Below, one piece after another: positions 19,127 through 29,506 of a DNA stretch of 64,000 bases. The translations under genes were made by a program, and so were the position numbers. The notes beneath the pieces are model-generated. The model was not told the origin of the DNA. It saw only the letters and a list, made by a program, of their open reading frames with translations, and searched no databases. Position 1 is the first letter of the stretch. Every line of letters starts with the position of its first letter. Source of the DNA: Maridesulfovibrio sp. (GTDB lineage: Bacteria; Desulfobacterota; Desulfovibrionia; Desulfovibrionales; Desulfovibrionaceae); NCBI GenBank assembly GCA_963677295.1, contig OY781931.1. One strand, 5' to 3'.

Positions 19127-20962
19127 GTGAAAAAAACTATTAATGATCATATTAGAAATATCGCTATCATAGCCCACGTTGACCATGGTAAAACAACCTT
19201 AGTTGACGGAATGTTCAAGCAGAGCGGGCTTTTCCGTGAAGGACAGCAAGTTGATGACAGAGTCATGGACAGCATGGACCTCGAGCGTGAACGCGGAATT
19301 ACTATTGCAGCTAAAAACTGTGCTGTTAACTGGAAAGGTACAAAAATCAACATCATCGACACCCCCGGCCATGCCGACTTCGGCGGTGAAGTTGAACGTT
19401 CTTTGAGCATGGCTGACGGAGCAATCCTTTTAGTTGATGCTTCAGAAGGACCTCTTCCTCAGACAAGATTCGTATTGAAAAAGGCTCTTGAAGCCGGTCT
19501 TAAAGTCATTGTTGTTGTCAACAAAATTGACCGTGGTGATGCTCGCCCTAACGAAGTTCTTGATGAAGTTTATGACCTCTTCATCGACCTTGACGCTAAC
19601 GAAGAGCAACTTGAATTTCCTGTTATGTACGCAATCGGAAGAGACGGTATCGCTCAGCATACTCTTGAAGAAAAAGGTGAAAACCTTCATCCTCTTATGG
19701 ATATGGTTGTACAGCATATCCCCGGCCCTTCCTACGATGAAGATGAACCTTTCCAGATGCTTGTTTCCGACCTCGGCTACTCAGACTACCTCGGTCGCCT
19801 TGCTATCGGTAAAGTAATTCATGGTTCCACTCAGCAAAACGTACCTCTTGCCTGCATAAACGAACAGGGGCAGACCGTTCCGCTGAAACTTACCAAAGTA
19901 CAGACATACGAAGGTTTAACTTTCACTGAAACTGATATTGCCCACCCTGGGGATATTGTTGTTGTTTCAGGTATTGAAGCTATTACCATCGGTGACACAA
20001 TCTGTACCAGAGAAGCTCCTAAAGCTCTCCCGAGAATCACAGTTGATGAACCTACTGTATCCATGCGCTTTGGAATCAACACTTCTCCAATGGCCGGACT
20101 CGAAGGCAAACTCGTTCAGTCTTCTAAAATTCGTGAAAGACTCGAAAAAGAAACACTGCTCAACGTTGCTGTCAAAATTGAAGAAAGCGAATACAGAGAC
20201 AGTTTCATCGTTAAAGGACGCGGAGAATTTCAGTTAGCAATCCTTATTGAAACCATGCGTCGTGAAGGTTTTGAGCTTACCGTTGGAAGACCTGAGGTTA
20301 TCTTCAAAACAGAAAACGGCAAAAAACTTGAACCTATGGAACAGGTCTTCATCGACTGTGAAGATGCATTCATGGGCGTAGTAACTGAAAAACTTTCTTC
20401 CAGAAAAGCACAGATGACCAATCTCGTTAATAACGGTAAAGGTCGTGTCCGCATGGAATTTTCAGCACCTTCCCGCTCACTCATCGGTTACCGTGATGAA
20501 TTCCTGACCGACACCAAGGGAACTGGAATTATGAATACTCTGTTCGCCGGATACGCCGACTACAGAGGTGATTTCCCTTCACGTTACACAGGTTCTCTTG
20601 TTTCTGACCGCGCCGGTAAAGCTGTTGCTTACGCAATCTTCAACCTTGAACCTCGCGGTGAAATGTTCGTCAGACCGGGTGATCCAGTATACGAAGGAAT
20701 GATTGTAGGTGAGCACAACAAGGATACTGATATCAATATCAATCCTACTAAAGAGAAAAAACTCTCTAATATGCGCGCATCCGGTAAAGATGAAGCTGTC
20801 ATTCTTACCCCATGCAGACCTATGACTCTAGAAAGAGCTATGCACTTCATCACTGATGATGAATTGATTGAAGTAACTCCTGAGTCAATCAGACTACGCA
20901 AATCAGAACTTTCCACCGCTAAACGCCATATGGCACGCGGTAAAGAACTGAAAAAGAAATAG
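19127..20962 (+). CDS. typA: translational GTPase TypA/BipA
   Basis: G motifs AHVDHGKTT, DTPGHADF and NKIDR, with the EF-G-like domain order and the BipA C-terminal domain. Start moved to GTG 19127 (GGAGGA RBS); the ORF-track GTG at 19112 is also possible. Confidence 0.9.
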   Translation: MKKTINDHIRNIAIIAHVDHGKTTLVDGMFKQSGLFREGQQVDDRVMDSMDLERERGITIAAKNCAVNWKGTKINIIDTPGHADFGGEVERSLSMADGAILLVDASEGPLPQTRFVLKKALEAGLKVIVVVNKIDRGDARPNEVLDEVYDLFIDLDANEEQLEFPVMYAIGRDGIAQHTLEEKGENLHPLMDMVVQHIPGPSYDEDEPFQMLVSDLGYSDYLGRLAIGKVIHGSTQQNVPLACINEQGQTVPLKLTKVQTYEGLTFTETDIAHPGDIVVVSGIEAITIGDTICTREAPKALPRITVDEPTVSMRFGINTSPMAGLEGKLVQSSKIRERLEKETLLNVAVKIEESEYRDSFIVKGRGEFQLAILIETMRREGFELTVGRPEVIFKTENGKKLEPMEQVFIDCEDAFMGVVTEKLSSRKAQMTNLVNNGKGRVRMEFSAPSRSLIGYRDEFLTDTKGTGIMNTLFAGYADYRGDFPSRYTGSLVSDRAGKAVAYAIFNLEPRGEMFVRPGDPVYEGMIVGEHNKDTDININPTKEKKLSNMRASGKDEAVILTPCRPMTLERAMHFITDDELIEVTPESIRLRKSELSTAKRHMARGKELKKK

Positions 20963-20984
20963 TCAGCTTAAAATTGAATCTTAA

Positions 20985-21020
20985 AAGCCTCTCAGACTTA
21001 GTGTTTGGGAGGCTTTTCTT
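20985..21020 (+). terminator. rho-independent terminator after typA
   Basis: AAGCCTC...GAGGCTT stem followed by TTTCTT. Confidence 0.55.
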
Positions 21021-21139
21021 GTAGGAATATTTTCACAGAACTTAGCTTAAATGCTACTATTACATCTATTGCCAAGTGAGAGTTCCTGCGCTACCTGATT
21101 TGCTTAAGTTAGATACTAATTCCTTCTGTGGAGCTTTAA

Positions 21140-22150
21140 ATGTCCAAAAATAATATTTCAGGCGAAGTTGTCCTCATTTTCACCGGCGGCACAATAGGTA
21201 TGAGCGAAGAACCGGAGGCCGGAGGGGTTGTTCCAGGTGGTAACTTTGACAAATTGATTTCAGAAATTACTCCTGACGATAAAGACATCACCATACGGCC
21301 AGTTCTCTGGTCGGATGTTCCCAGCCCGCACATGTCCCCGGAAATGATGCTTAAACTGGCTCACGATGTTGATTCATACCTTGCTGAAGAACAGGTTCTG
21401 GGCGCAGTGATCCTGCACGGCACAGACCTTATGGCTGAAACAGCATACGCGCTCGACATATCCGTGAACTCCCCTAAACCGGTAATTTTGACCGGAGCCA
21501 TGCGTTACTTCAACGAATCAGGGTATGACGGGATACGCAATCTAGTAGACGCAGTAAGAGTATGCCTGCTGCCACCGCCGAAAGGGGCAGACGTTATCCT
21601 CCAAATGGCAGATAAACTTTTTGCGGCCAAAAACGCCATCAAATCAAGTTCCCTGAATGTTGACCCGTTTATCGGTCAAAACACGGGCAGAATAGGCTTT
21701 ATATCCGGAGAATCCGTTATTCTTACAAGAGCAGACTCTCACAGAAGGCCGCGTTTCTCTTTCCCGATCACAGGGGTGGATTCTAATGTACATCTGGTCG
21801 GATGCCATCCGGGAATGAATTCGATAATTTTAGAAAAATTATTGGAAACAGGTGTGAAAGGAATCGTGCTTGAAGGTTTCGGAGCAGGAAACACTCCTCC
21901 GGGCTTGGTATCAGGCATTGAGAAATGCATCGAAGCTGGAGTCATAGTAGTTCTCTGCACAAGATGCGTTGAGGGGGGAGTATGGCCCATCTATGCATAC
22001 CCGGGCGGAGCTGCGTACTTAAAACAGAAAGGCGTAATTACAGCCGGAGGACTCTCTGCGCTGAAAGCCACACTGTTGCTGCAACTTCTAATCGGAAGCA
22101 ATCGCCCGCTAGAACAGATCAAAACAATTTTTGCAGAAGAAAGCGTCTAA
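21140..22150 (+). CDS. ansA: L-asparaginase, type I
   Basis: 336 aa with the active-site motifs FTGGTIGM and ILHGTDLMAETA. Confidence 0.8.
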   Translation: MSKNNISGEVVLIFTGGTIGMSEEPEAGGVVPGGNFDKLISEITPDDKDITIRPVLWSDVPSPHMSPEMMLKLAHDVDSYLAEEQVLGAVILHGTDLMAETAYALDISVNSPKPVILTGAMRYFNESGYDGIRNLVDAVRVCLLPPPKGADVILQMADKLFAAKNAIKSSSLNVDPFIGQNTGRIGFISGESVILTRADSHRRPRFSFPITGVDSNVHLVGCHPGMNSIILEKLLETGVKGIVLEGFGAGNTPPGLVSGIEKCIEAGVIVVLCTRCVEGGVWPIYAYPGGAAYLKQKGVITAGGLSALKATLLLQLLIGSNRPLEQIKTIFAEESV

Positions 22151-22173
22151 CCGCAACCAAGGCATAAAAGATG

Positions 22174-22208
22174 AAAAGCTCCTCAAGTAAACTTGAGGAG
22201 CTTTTTTT
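22174..22208. terminator. bidirectional terminator between convergent ansA and pepA
   Basis: AAGCTCCTCAAG-taaa-CTTGAGGAGCTT perfect 12-bp stem, then TTTTTT. Confidence 0.8.
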
Positions 22209-22209
22209 A

Positions 22210-23715
22210 TTAAATATCTTCCAGATCTATTTGCGAAAGAAGTTCGATTAAAGTCCTAACTCCGAATCCTGTTCCTCCGGCAGTCAGCGTTGCAGTCTTC
22301 TTCTTTCGCCACGCAGGCCCGGCAATATCAAGATGCGCCCAAGGGACATTTTCAGGCACAAACTCTTTCAAAAACATTCCGGCATGAATAGTCATTCCTT
22401 CGCGTGATCCTACATTTTTAAGATCTGCCACGTCACTCTTAAGCTCTTCTTTATAGATGTCCCAAAGCGGCATAGGCCAGAATCTTTCACCGACTCTCAT
22501 ACCTGATTCAATAATAAGATGTTCAAGTTTAGGAGAATTATCCATTACCGCGGCAACATTCCAGCCGAAAGCTACTATGCATCCACCCGTAAGAGTGGCT
22601 AGATCAATTATGGCTGCCGGTTCAAATTGCTTTGAATATGCCAAGGCATCACAAAGTAAAAGCCGGCCCTCGGCATCAGTATTTAAAATTTCAATAGTCT
22701 TACCGGAAAATGATGTTACGACCTCTCCGGGGCGGGTTGCCAAGCCATCCGGCATATTATCAGCGCAAGGCAATATCCCTACTACAGGTAAATCAGGATT
22801 GAGTTCTCCAAGAGCTTTAAAAAAACCGAGTATTGCCGCAGCCCCAGCCATATCGCATTTCATATCCTCAATATGACCTGTAGGCTTAAGAGAAATCCCT
22901 CCGGTATCAAAAGTAACGCCTTTGCCTACCAGCACCAGAGGCTTGTCCCCTTCTCTGCCTTTAGGGCAATACTCAAGAGTGATAAGACGCGGTTCGTCGA
23001 CGCTTCCTTTAAAAACAGAAGCATATGCTCCCATTCCTTTATCAATAATCTCTTTGCGTTTCAGCGCTTTGAATTTAAAATCGTACTTCTTTGCAAGTTT
23101 CTTTGCTTCTTCAGCAAGAAACACCGGATTTGCAATATTAGGGGGAGAATTTACCAAATCGCGTGCATAGGAAATAGCTGCGCCAACAGCCTGACCTTTA
23201 TGAATGGTTTCAATAAGCGTCTCAAGTGGCTCAACTTCTGTCAGCATCCTGACTGTTTCAGGCAAATTTCCATTTTCTTCTTTTTTACTTTTAAACTCAT
23301 CATAGGCATAAAGACCATCCATTGCCGCAACTACAAAATGTTCATGCATATCCTCAAGGACAATGCCTTCAAACGCTGTCAGCGGAGCTCCTACAACTCT
23401 GAATTTAAGTTCACGGCATTTGCAGAAGACTGAAGACACAGCTTGACTGAACTGCTCAACTCCAAACTCATTCTTATCGCCAAGCCCTGCAAGCACAACC
23501 CGCGGGATTGAAGTGGAAGAACCGTAAATCACAGTTGTACTGCCAAGTTCTCCAGTGAAATCCTGAAGTCCCGGAGAAGCGGCGACCCAATCTGCTTCGG
23601 TTGCCATCCATCTGGAAAATCCTGGCAGAAATTCTTCTGAATCCTTAAACGCGAAAAAAATAACCGCATCAGCAGACCATGTGGATGCAGGCTCTACGAC
23701 AATATTAAATTCCAT
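22210..23715 (-). CDS. pepA: leucyl aminopeptidase (M17)
   Basis: M17 signature NTDAEGRL and VGKGVTFDTGG. Start moved to ATG 23715 (GGAGAGGGAA RBS); the ORF-track start is 23733. Confidence 0.9.
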   Translation of the reverse strand: MEFNIVVEPASTWSADAVIFFAFKDSEEFLPGFSRWMATEADWVAASPGLQDFTGELGSTTVIYGSSTSIPRVVLAGLGDKNEFGVEQFSQAVSSVFCKCRELKFRVVGAPLTAFEGIVLEDMHEHFVVAAMDGLYAYDEFKSKKEENGNLPETVRMLTEVEPLETLIETIHKGQAVGAAISYARDLVNSPPNIANPVFLAEEAKKLAKKYDFKFKALKRKEIIDKGMGAYASVFKGSVDEPRLITLEYCPKGREGDKPLVLVGKGVTFDTGGISLKPTGHIEDMKCDMAGAAAILGFFKALGELNPDLPVVGILPCADNMPDGLATRPGEVVTSFSGKTIEILNTDAEGRLLLCDALAYSKQFEPAAIIDLATLTGGCIVAFGWNVAAVMDNSPKLEHLIIESGMRVGERFWPMPLWDIYKEELKSDVADLKNVGSREGMTIHAGMFLKEFVPENVPWAHLDIAGPAWRKKKTATLTAGGTGFGVRTLIELLSQIDLEDI

Positions 23716-23752
23716 TTCCCTCTCCATTTTCAATTAGTGAGTGAAAAACTTT

Positions 23753-24880
23753 TTAATTAGGAGAAATCTGTTCAACAAATGAAACAGTTCCATTAGCAAA
23801 GCTGACTATATCTACGGTTTTATCTGGAACCCTTACACCTTCAGGATAGCTGATTTCTCCGGTAACACCTTTAAAGCCTTTAGTTTCTGCCAATGCGGCT
23901 CTGATTGCGTCCGGATCTGTTGATCCCGCTCTTGTGATAGCCTGAGCGAGCAACATTACTGTATCATACCCAAGTGCGGCAAAACCGCTCTCAGGATGGA
24001 CACCGAACATTTTTTCATACCGCTCCACAAATTCTTGAACTTCAAGATCAGGGTTATCAAATGCTACATGTGTCGAAAAATAAATAGAATGAGCATACTC
24101 TTCAGGAATATTCAGTAATCCCGGAGAGTCAAACCCGTCACCGGAAGCAATCGGCTGTTCAAATCCAGCCTTGCGGACTTCCGTCACGTATTTAGCAACA
24201 TCAGGTGGAATTGTTGAAAGAAAAAACAGATCAGGATTGTCGCCATCTTTCGGCAATGGATATGTGGCATCGTCGGTATTAAACCAATCCTCTTTGACCA
24301 CTTTTCCGCCATATTTACGATACCTGCGCTTAAAATATTTAGAAAGAGTTTTAGCAAATTCGCTGGAAATATTTGTCCCGACAAAACAGCGAGTTGTGTT
24401 AAGTCTACGCTTTGCAAACTTAGCCACTGCGCGAGCCTGCATATTATCTCCGAACGCAGTCATAAAAAAATATTTACCATACATATAAGGCAGGTTCTGC
24501 ATGGTTGCACCGGCAGTAATGAACACCATATTTTTAGTGGTTACTGCGGGAGCCGCAGCTATAGCGTAATCTGTATCGTTAAGTCCTGCGACAGCGACAA
24601 TTCCTTTTTCACTGGACAGAGTTGAAGCGGCAGCAGCCGTCGCATCAAGATTTGAACGGCAATCGGAAACGATTAAACTTATTCTCTTACCAAGCACGCC
24701 GCCTTCGCTGTTTATTACTTCCTGAGCAAGCTCCATACCGTGAAAACCGGGCTGATCAATTACTCCCATCGGACCTGTTAAATTATAAAGTACACCTATT
24801 TTAATTGTATTTTCAGCCGCGACCGAATTGCCGGCGCAAAGCCCGATCGCAATAAGACACAAAATTACTACTTTTTTCAT
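23753..24880 (-). CDS. ABC transporter periplasmic substrate-binding protein (LivJ / type I PBP family)
   Basis: 375 aa with a signal peptide (MKKVVILCLIAIGLCAGNSVAA) and IKIGVLYNLTGPMG typical of branched-chain amino-acid/amide binding proteins. No permease or ATPase genes are adjacent. Confidence 0.7.
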   Translation of the reverse strand: MKKVVILCLIAIGLCAGNSVAAENTIKIGVLYNLTGPMGVIDQPGFHGMELAQEVINSEGGVLGKRISLIVSDCRSNLDATAAAASTLSSEKGIVAVAGLNDTDYAIAAAPAVTTKNMVFITAGATMQNLPYMYGKYFFMTAFGDNMQARAVAKFAKRRLNTTRCFVGTNISSEFAKTLSKYFKRRYRKYGGKVVKEDWFNTDDATYPLPKDGDNPDLFFLSTIPPDVAKYVTEVRKAGFEQPIASGDGFDSPGLLNIPEEYAHSIYFSTHVAFDNPDLEVQEFVERYEKMFGVHPESGFAALGYDTVMLLAQAITRAGSTDPDAIRAALAETKGFKGVTGEISYPEGVRVPDKTVDIVSFANGTVSFVEQISPN

Positions 24881-25014
24881 ATTACCTCCAAAGATTGCAA
24901 TGCAAAAATCAATTATATTAATGCACGCATCAAAAAAAAGACTGATTCATGATATTCTACACTGCTACTATATTATAAATTTAATACATTATACATCAAG
25001 TTTAATCGCCACAA

Positions 25015-26493
25015 TTATCTTTTTGTGCCTAACTTGGCTTGCTGAGCTTCTAAAAACCGTTGAAATTTACTGATTTCTTCATCACGCTTTTCCGGAATGG
25101 ACGGTCCATCTGCTTCCATCCGGTACCTTTTATCAGCAAGCCCCCGGCTGATTATGGCTTCAGTTCCTCCGCCCTGCCAGCCGGAACTGTCCTGAGAAAT
25201 TTTCTGTATATAGCTTATCCCCATGAAAACACGCGTGACTTTACTGGTATCACGCAATTTACGCATATCTTTAAATTCAGCTTTTGCAGTTACCTGCCTG
25301 ATGGATTTATCCAGTGAAACCATTTTTTCAGGCATTTGAAGGCGCTCGAAAACAGCTCCATGATTATTTAAAATATGCCCTTTATCTCCGGCTGTAGCCG
25401 GGTCGATATAAAATCCGGCATAAAGTCCGGACTGCTCATAGGCCGAAAGGTCGCATGAAAGATCAACTCCTACTCCGCACATTAGACAGGTAACATCTCT
25501 ATGTCTCGGAATACTGTCCCGCGTCCACCACTCTCCGCTGTTAACCGGATCAATGATAGTTTTACCATTTGCAGGAGCAAACTCACTTATAGGAGAGTGC
25601 ATCAAAGTACCCGCCGTCAATTCACTCACCTGCGTCCACGCAGCAACACCTATAACCCCTTTAAAATCTCTGCGCCGCCTTCTTGCAAGCAGAAAAAGCC
25701 CTCTGTAAAGTTTATCCAGAGTAGTGCCGCCTTCCTCTATGGAATTAAACATCACATATTCATTAAAACCTCCGTCAATCGTTAAATTAAACGGAGTTCT
25801 GATAAGCACAGCTCCTGTATCATTTTGCGGGACCAAAAAATCTGCAAGGTCATGTCCGTCAGTTGGAACCCATGCCATAGTCCCGCCGATGGTGATCATC
25901 GCACCGAGAACTTTCATATAATCTGCAGGAACATCGCCAAGACCGCCGACTCCGATAGAATATTCTGTTTGTGAAAATCTACGAGAAAACATTCGGCTTT
26001 CAGTTACTCTGGAGTGCAAAACGTCCGCAACGGAACCGATGACTTTAATTTCAGCCTGACTGTTATCACCCGGAATGAATCTGAAATTACCGATGGGCGA
26101 ATCCATGTTTTCAAGTTCATCCCAATTTTCAAGAGCCTGCCGTTCCCACTGCACGGACTGCAAAAAAGTCATGGCTTCACTTCTTGAAACAAAAATATTT
26201 AAAGATCGTGTCATACCGGCAGTATCAAGTACATTCTTGCAATATGGACGTAAACCGCAAAGAGCTAATGTTCCTTGGCGGGAGCGCAAAATCTTGAGAG
26301 TTTTTACAATACTGCGGATTCCGGCACTGCTCAAATAGCAGACATCACTCATATCGAATGCCATACATGCCAGAGATTGCTCAGCAAGAAGCTCTTCAAG
26401 CACTTTATCAAGCTCTACGGCTCCATAAGCATCAATTCTTTCGCTCATGCTGACCACAACACTTTCACCATGTCTGCGAACTGTAATCTCCAT
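25015..26493 (-). CDS. STAS-domain protein fused to a ~380-aa domain of unknown function
   Basis: 492 aa. Residues 1-110 look like an anti-sigma-factor antagonist / STAS domain (ITVRRHGESVVVSMSERIDAYGAVELDKVLEELL...DMSDVCYLSSAGIRSIV). I could not assign the rest. Confidence 0.55.
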   Translation of the reverse strand: MEITVRRHGESVVVSMSERIDAYGAVELDKVLEELLAEQSLACMAFDMSDVCYLSSAGIRSIVKTLKILRSRQGTLALCGLRPYCKNVLDTAGMTRSLNIFVSRSEAMTFLQSVQWERQALENWDELENMDSPIGNFRFIPGDNSQAEIKVIGSVADVLHSRVTESRMFSRRFSQTEYSIGVGGLGDVPADYMKVLGAMITIGGTMAWVPTDGHDLADFLVPQNDTGAVLIRTPFNLTIDGGFNEYVMFNSIEEGGTTLDKLYRGLFLLARRRRRDFKGVIGVAAWTQVSELTAGTLMHSPISEFAPANGKTIIDPVNSGEWWTRDSIPRHRDVTCLMCGVGVDLSCDLSAYEQSGLYAGFYIDPATAGDKGHILNNHGAVFERLQMPEKMVSLDKSIRQVTAKAEFKDMRKLRDTSKVTRVFMGISYIQKISQDSSGWQGGGTEAIISRGLADKRYRMEADGPSIPEKRDEEISKFQRFLEAQQAKLGTKR

Positions 26494-26641
26494 TTAGCTA
26501 CTCCCGCATAATCATCTTATTTCTTATGATATCAGGCACAAGTGCAACATAGGCATAACCTGTTCATCTTGTGAAGTTACTTTGAGAAAACCTGTACTAT
26601 TTTTTTCAGCTCTGCTAATTAATACCACAAGAGGACCATCT

Positions 26642-27568
26642 ATGAAGAAAGTTATTGATAAGTCCATTCCGGACACCGAGACCGGAAAATTACTCAAGAA
26701 AGCTCTTGAGAATAAGAACATGACCATCAAAGATGTTCTTCATAATTATATGTATATACGCTGGCCTAAAGCTTATATAAGGGCTCCCTCGGGCGAAAAC
26801 AATCTTGCCCCGATTGCCGACTTTATCACAAGTCTTATTGCCCATCCTGATGACAAAGAAAAAATGGAACAGCTTAAAAAGGATTTCGCAGACACATACC
26901 ACGGCAAAATCATTATAACTGAAGAGGCTCTTAAGCTTATACATATAGGACGTGAAGTTTCTACAACTATTCCCGAGCGGGTTTTGCCCTACAGCAAAGC
27001 CAGAAATATCGTCCTCAGCGAACCAGACCATATCACAGCACTTGAGTGCCCTTGCCGCGCTTCGCAAAAAGAACCGTGCCATCCTATGAATGTATGCTTA
27101 ATCATCGGAGAACCCTTTGCTTCATTCGTTGTTGAAAATCATCCTGAAAAATCACGGCGCATAACCATAGATGAAGCAGCAAGGATACTTGAGGCAGAAA
27201 ATGCTAAAGGACATATACATAGCGCATTTTTCAAAGACGTAATGCTCGGCAGATTTTATTCAATATGCAACTGCTGCCCATGTTGCTGCGGAGCTATGGA
27301 AGCAATGAAAAACGGCATTCCGATGCTGACTCCTTCAGGATATATCTCCATAGTTGACCCTAACAAATGCATCGGGTGCGGACAGTGTATGGAATATTGC
27401 CCCTTCGGAGCAATGAAGATCCGTGACAAGCGCATGCATATAGATCCTGATAAATGCATGGGATGCGGAGTGTGTACTAATAAGTGCCGGAAAGGCTCAC
27501 TGCATATTGCGCGAAATAAGAAACACCCGGAACCTTTTAAGGTAGAAGAACTGCTCAAATCTTCTTAG
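26642..27568 (+). CDS. Cys-rich 4Fe-4S dicluster domain protein
   Basis: Start moved to ATG 26642 (AGAGGA RBS). It has CIGCGQCMEYCP and CMGCGVCTNKC ferredoxin motifs, preceded by CPCRASQKEPC and CNCCPCCCG clusters. Confidence 0.7.
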   Translation: MKKVIDKSIPDTETGKLLKKALENKNMTIKDVLHNYMYIRWPKAYIRAPSGENNLAPIADFITSLIAHPDDKEKMEQLKKDFADTYHGKIIITEEALKLIHIGREVSTTIPERVLPYSKARNIVLSEPDHITALECPCRASQKEPCHPMNVCLIIGEPFASFVVENHPEKSRRITIDEAARILEAENAKGHIHSAFFKDVMLGRFYSICNCCPCCCGAMEAMKNGIPMLTPSGYISIVDPNKCIGCGQCMEYCPFGAMKIRDKRMHIDPDKCMGCGVCTNKCRKGSLHIARNKKHPEPFKVEELLKSS

Positions 27569-27582
27569 ATATTTTTTGATTC

Positions 27583-27618
27583 AAAAAAAAGGGTATTGAA
27601 AATTTCAATACCCTTTTA
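27583..27618. terminator. bidirectional terminator between convergent genes
   Basis: aaaaaaaaGGGTATTGAAa-atTTCAATACCCtttt. Confidence 0.7.
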
Positions 27619-27638
27619 AATACATTTAAAAACAATAA

Positions 27639-28745
27639 TCATCCGTCTGGATACAGTTTTCGCAGTTCAAGAACTTCATCAATACTATCAAAGAAAAGAT
27701 CAGTTAAAACAGGGTCAAACTGTTTACCTTTTTCCTGTTCAAAATAACCTTTAATCTTTTCAAGTGACCAAGCTTTCTTGTAAACACGTTCACTACCAAG
27801 AGCATCAAAAACATCCGCAATACAGGTAATCCGTCCGTAAATATTAATTTCTTCACCGGCAAGCCCGCGAGGATACCCTTTACCATCCCACCGTTCATGG
27901 TGCTCATAGGCCACGATTGCAGCAGCCTTGATAATAGGTCTTTCGGAATGCTTCAAAATTTCATGTCCGATAGTGGTGTGAGTTTTAACCAGCTCAAATT
28001 CATCAGGAGTAAGTTTTCCCGGCTTATTCAGCACGGTATCCGGAATACCTATTTTACCTACATCGTGCATTGGAGAGGCCAGTCTTAATAAATTGGCCTC
28101 TTCCGGATCAAGTCCGGCCCGCAATCCCAGAAGAGCGGTATACTCTGCAACTCTGCGAACATGTTTAGCCGTTTCGTTAGAACGGGTTTCAACTACTTCG
28201 CCAAGAGTCATAATTATTTCTTTCTGAGTCTCAATAACCTCAGCCTGTAAAACCATTAAAGCATCTTGAGTTTTCTTCCTCATCTTGATTTCGTTACGCA
28301 GAGCTTCAGTTCTTTTAAGAACCTCTACTTCAAGATGCTCTTTGTATCTTTTATTTTCCTTAATCAAGAAAGCTCTTTCCAGCCCCTGATTTAAGGCATG
28401 CTCAAGAATACCAAGATCAACAATAGGCTTAGTTACAAAATCCCATGCCCCGAGACGAACAGCTTTAATAGCATCCTCAATCAGTCCCGCACCTGAAACA
28501 ACAATGATCGGTAAATCCGGCTGTTCCTCATGCACAACTTTAAGGACTTCAAACCCGTCAACATGTGGCATATTTAAATCAACCAGAACAGCGTCGGGGT
28601 TATTTGCTCTGAGAACAGCAAGACCTTCCGCACCGTCACCGGCATTTAAAATGTTAAAACCGGAATCGATAAGGTAGTCACTGATCGTTTCGCGCACAAA
28701 AGTTTCATCATCAATAACCAGGATTGTTAATTCAGAATTATTCAA
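27639..28745 (-). CDS. response regulator with HD-GYP output domain (RpfG family c-di-GMP phosphodiesterase)
   Basis: 368 aa. REC domain (ILVIDDE..., AVLVDLNMPHVDG, K in VTKP) plus a canonical HD-GYP domain (SPMHDVGKIGIPD, HHERWDGKGYPRG). Confidence 0.85.
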   Translation of the reverse strand: MNNSELTILVIDDETFVRETISDYLIDSGFNILNAGDGAEGLAVLRANNPDAVLVDLNMPHVDGFEVLKVVHEEQPDLPIIVVSGAGLIEDAIKAVRLGAWDFVTKPIVDLGILEHALNQGLERAFLIKENKRYKEHLEVEVLKRTEALRNEIKMRKKTQDALMVLQAEVIETQKEIIMTLGEVVETRSNETAKHVRRVAEYTALLGLRAGLDPEEANLLRLASPMHDVGKIGIPDTVLNKPGKLTPDEFELVKTHTTIGHEILKHSERPIIKAAAIVAYEHHERWDGKGYPRGLAGEEINIYGRITCIADVFDALGSERVYKKAWSLEKIKGYFEQEKGKQFDPVLTDLFFDSIDEVLELRKLYPDG

Positions 28746-28876
28746 CTTCTACCTCTGCGCCTTATAAGACTTAACGACATCCAGTGTGACACTGCAGAAT
28801 CTATTATGACCAGATAAAACTCTTACCAAAAAAATTCTTCAAATAATAATCTATTACATTCACTTTGGCATAGCGT

Positions 28877-28916
28877 AAAAAAAAAACGCCGAAAAGGATA
28901 TTCCTTTTTCGGCGTT
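28877..28916 (-). terminator. rho-independent terminator after the PPIase gene
   Basis: AACGCCGAAAAGG...CCTTTTTCGGCGTT, followed on the minus strand by a run of about 10 T. Confidence 0.75.
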
Positions 28917-28945
28917 AAAAATGATTTTTTTTCAGAACTTACGCA

Positions 28946-29455
28946 TTAATCTTCAAAGCGGGTCATAGAAATGATGCTGATAGGATCAACCGGAACGTCG
29001 TCCATAGGACCATGGCTGCGGGTGCGCACTTTTTTAATTTTCTCGATAGCTTCCATTCCGTCAATGACTTTACCGAATACACAATAGCCCCAACCCTGAG
29101 GATTTTTTGCTGTGTGATCCAGAAAACCGTTATCTTTTACGTTAATGAAAAACTGTGATGAAGCGGAATGAGGATCCATAGTACGCGCCATGGCAATAGT
29201 TCCGACTTCATTTTTAAGACCGTTATCAGCTTCATTTTCAACAGGAGCATGGGTTGCTTTTTCTTTCATGGAAAAATCAAAACCGCCGCCCTGAATCATG
29301 AAGTTATTGATAACTCTATGAAAAATTGTTCCAGCATAAAAATCTTCGTCAACATATTTCAAGAAGTTTGCAACAGTCTTTGGAGCCTTATCTTCGTAAA
29401 GTTCAATTAAAACGTCACCTTCAGGTGTTTCCATTATTACCATAGGATTAGCCAT
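28946..29455 (-). CDS. ppiB: peptidyl-prolyl cis-trans isomerase, cyclophilin type (cytoplasmic)
   Basis: 169 aa with the cyclophilin core FHRVINNFMIQGGGF and no signal peptide. Confidence 0.85.
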   Translation of the reverse strand: MANPMVIMETPEGDVLIELYEDKAPKTVANFLKYVDEDFYAGTIFHRVINNFMIQGGGFDFSMKEKATHAPVENEADNGLKNEVGTIAMARTMDPHSASSQFFINVKDNGFLDHTAKNPQGWGYCVFGKVIDGMEAIEKIKKVRTRSHGPMDDVPVDPISIISMTRFED

Positions 29456-29506
29456 ATCGTATTCCTCCGATTTTTTTATTTCTTGACCTCGTAAGGTCTG
29501 AGGGTA

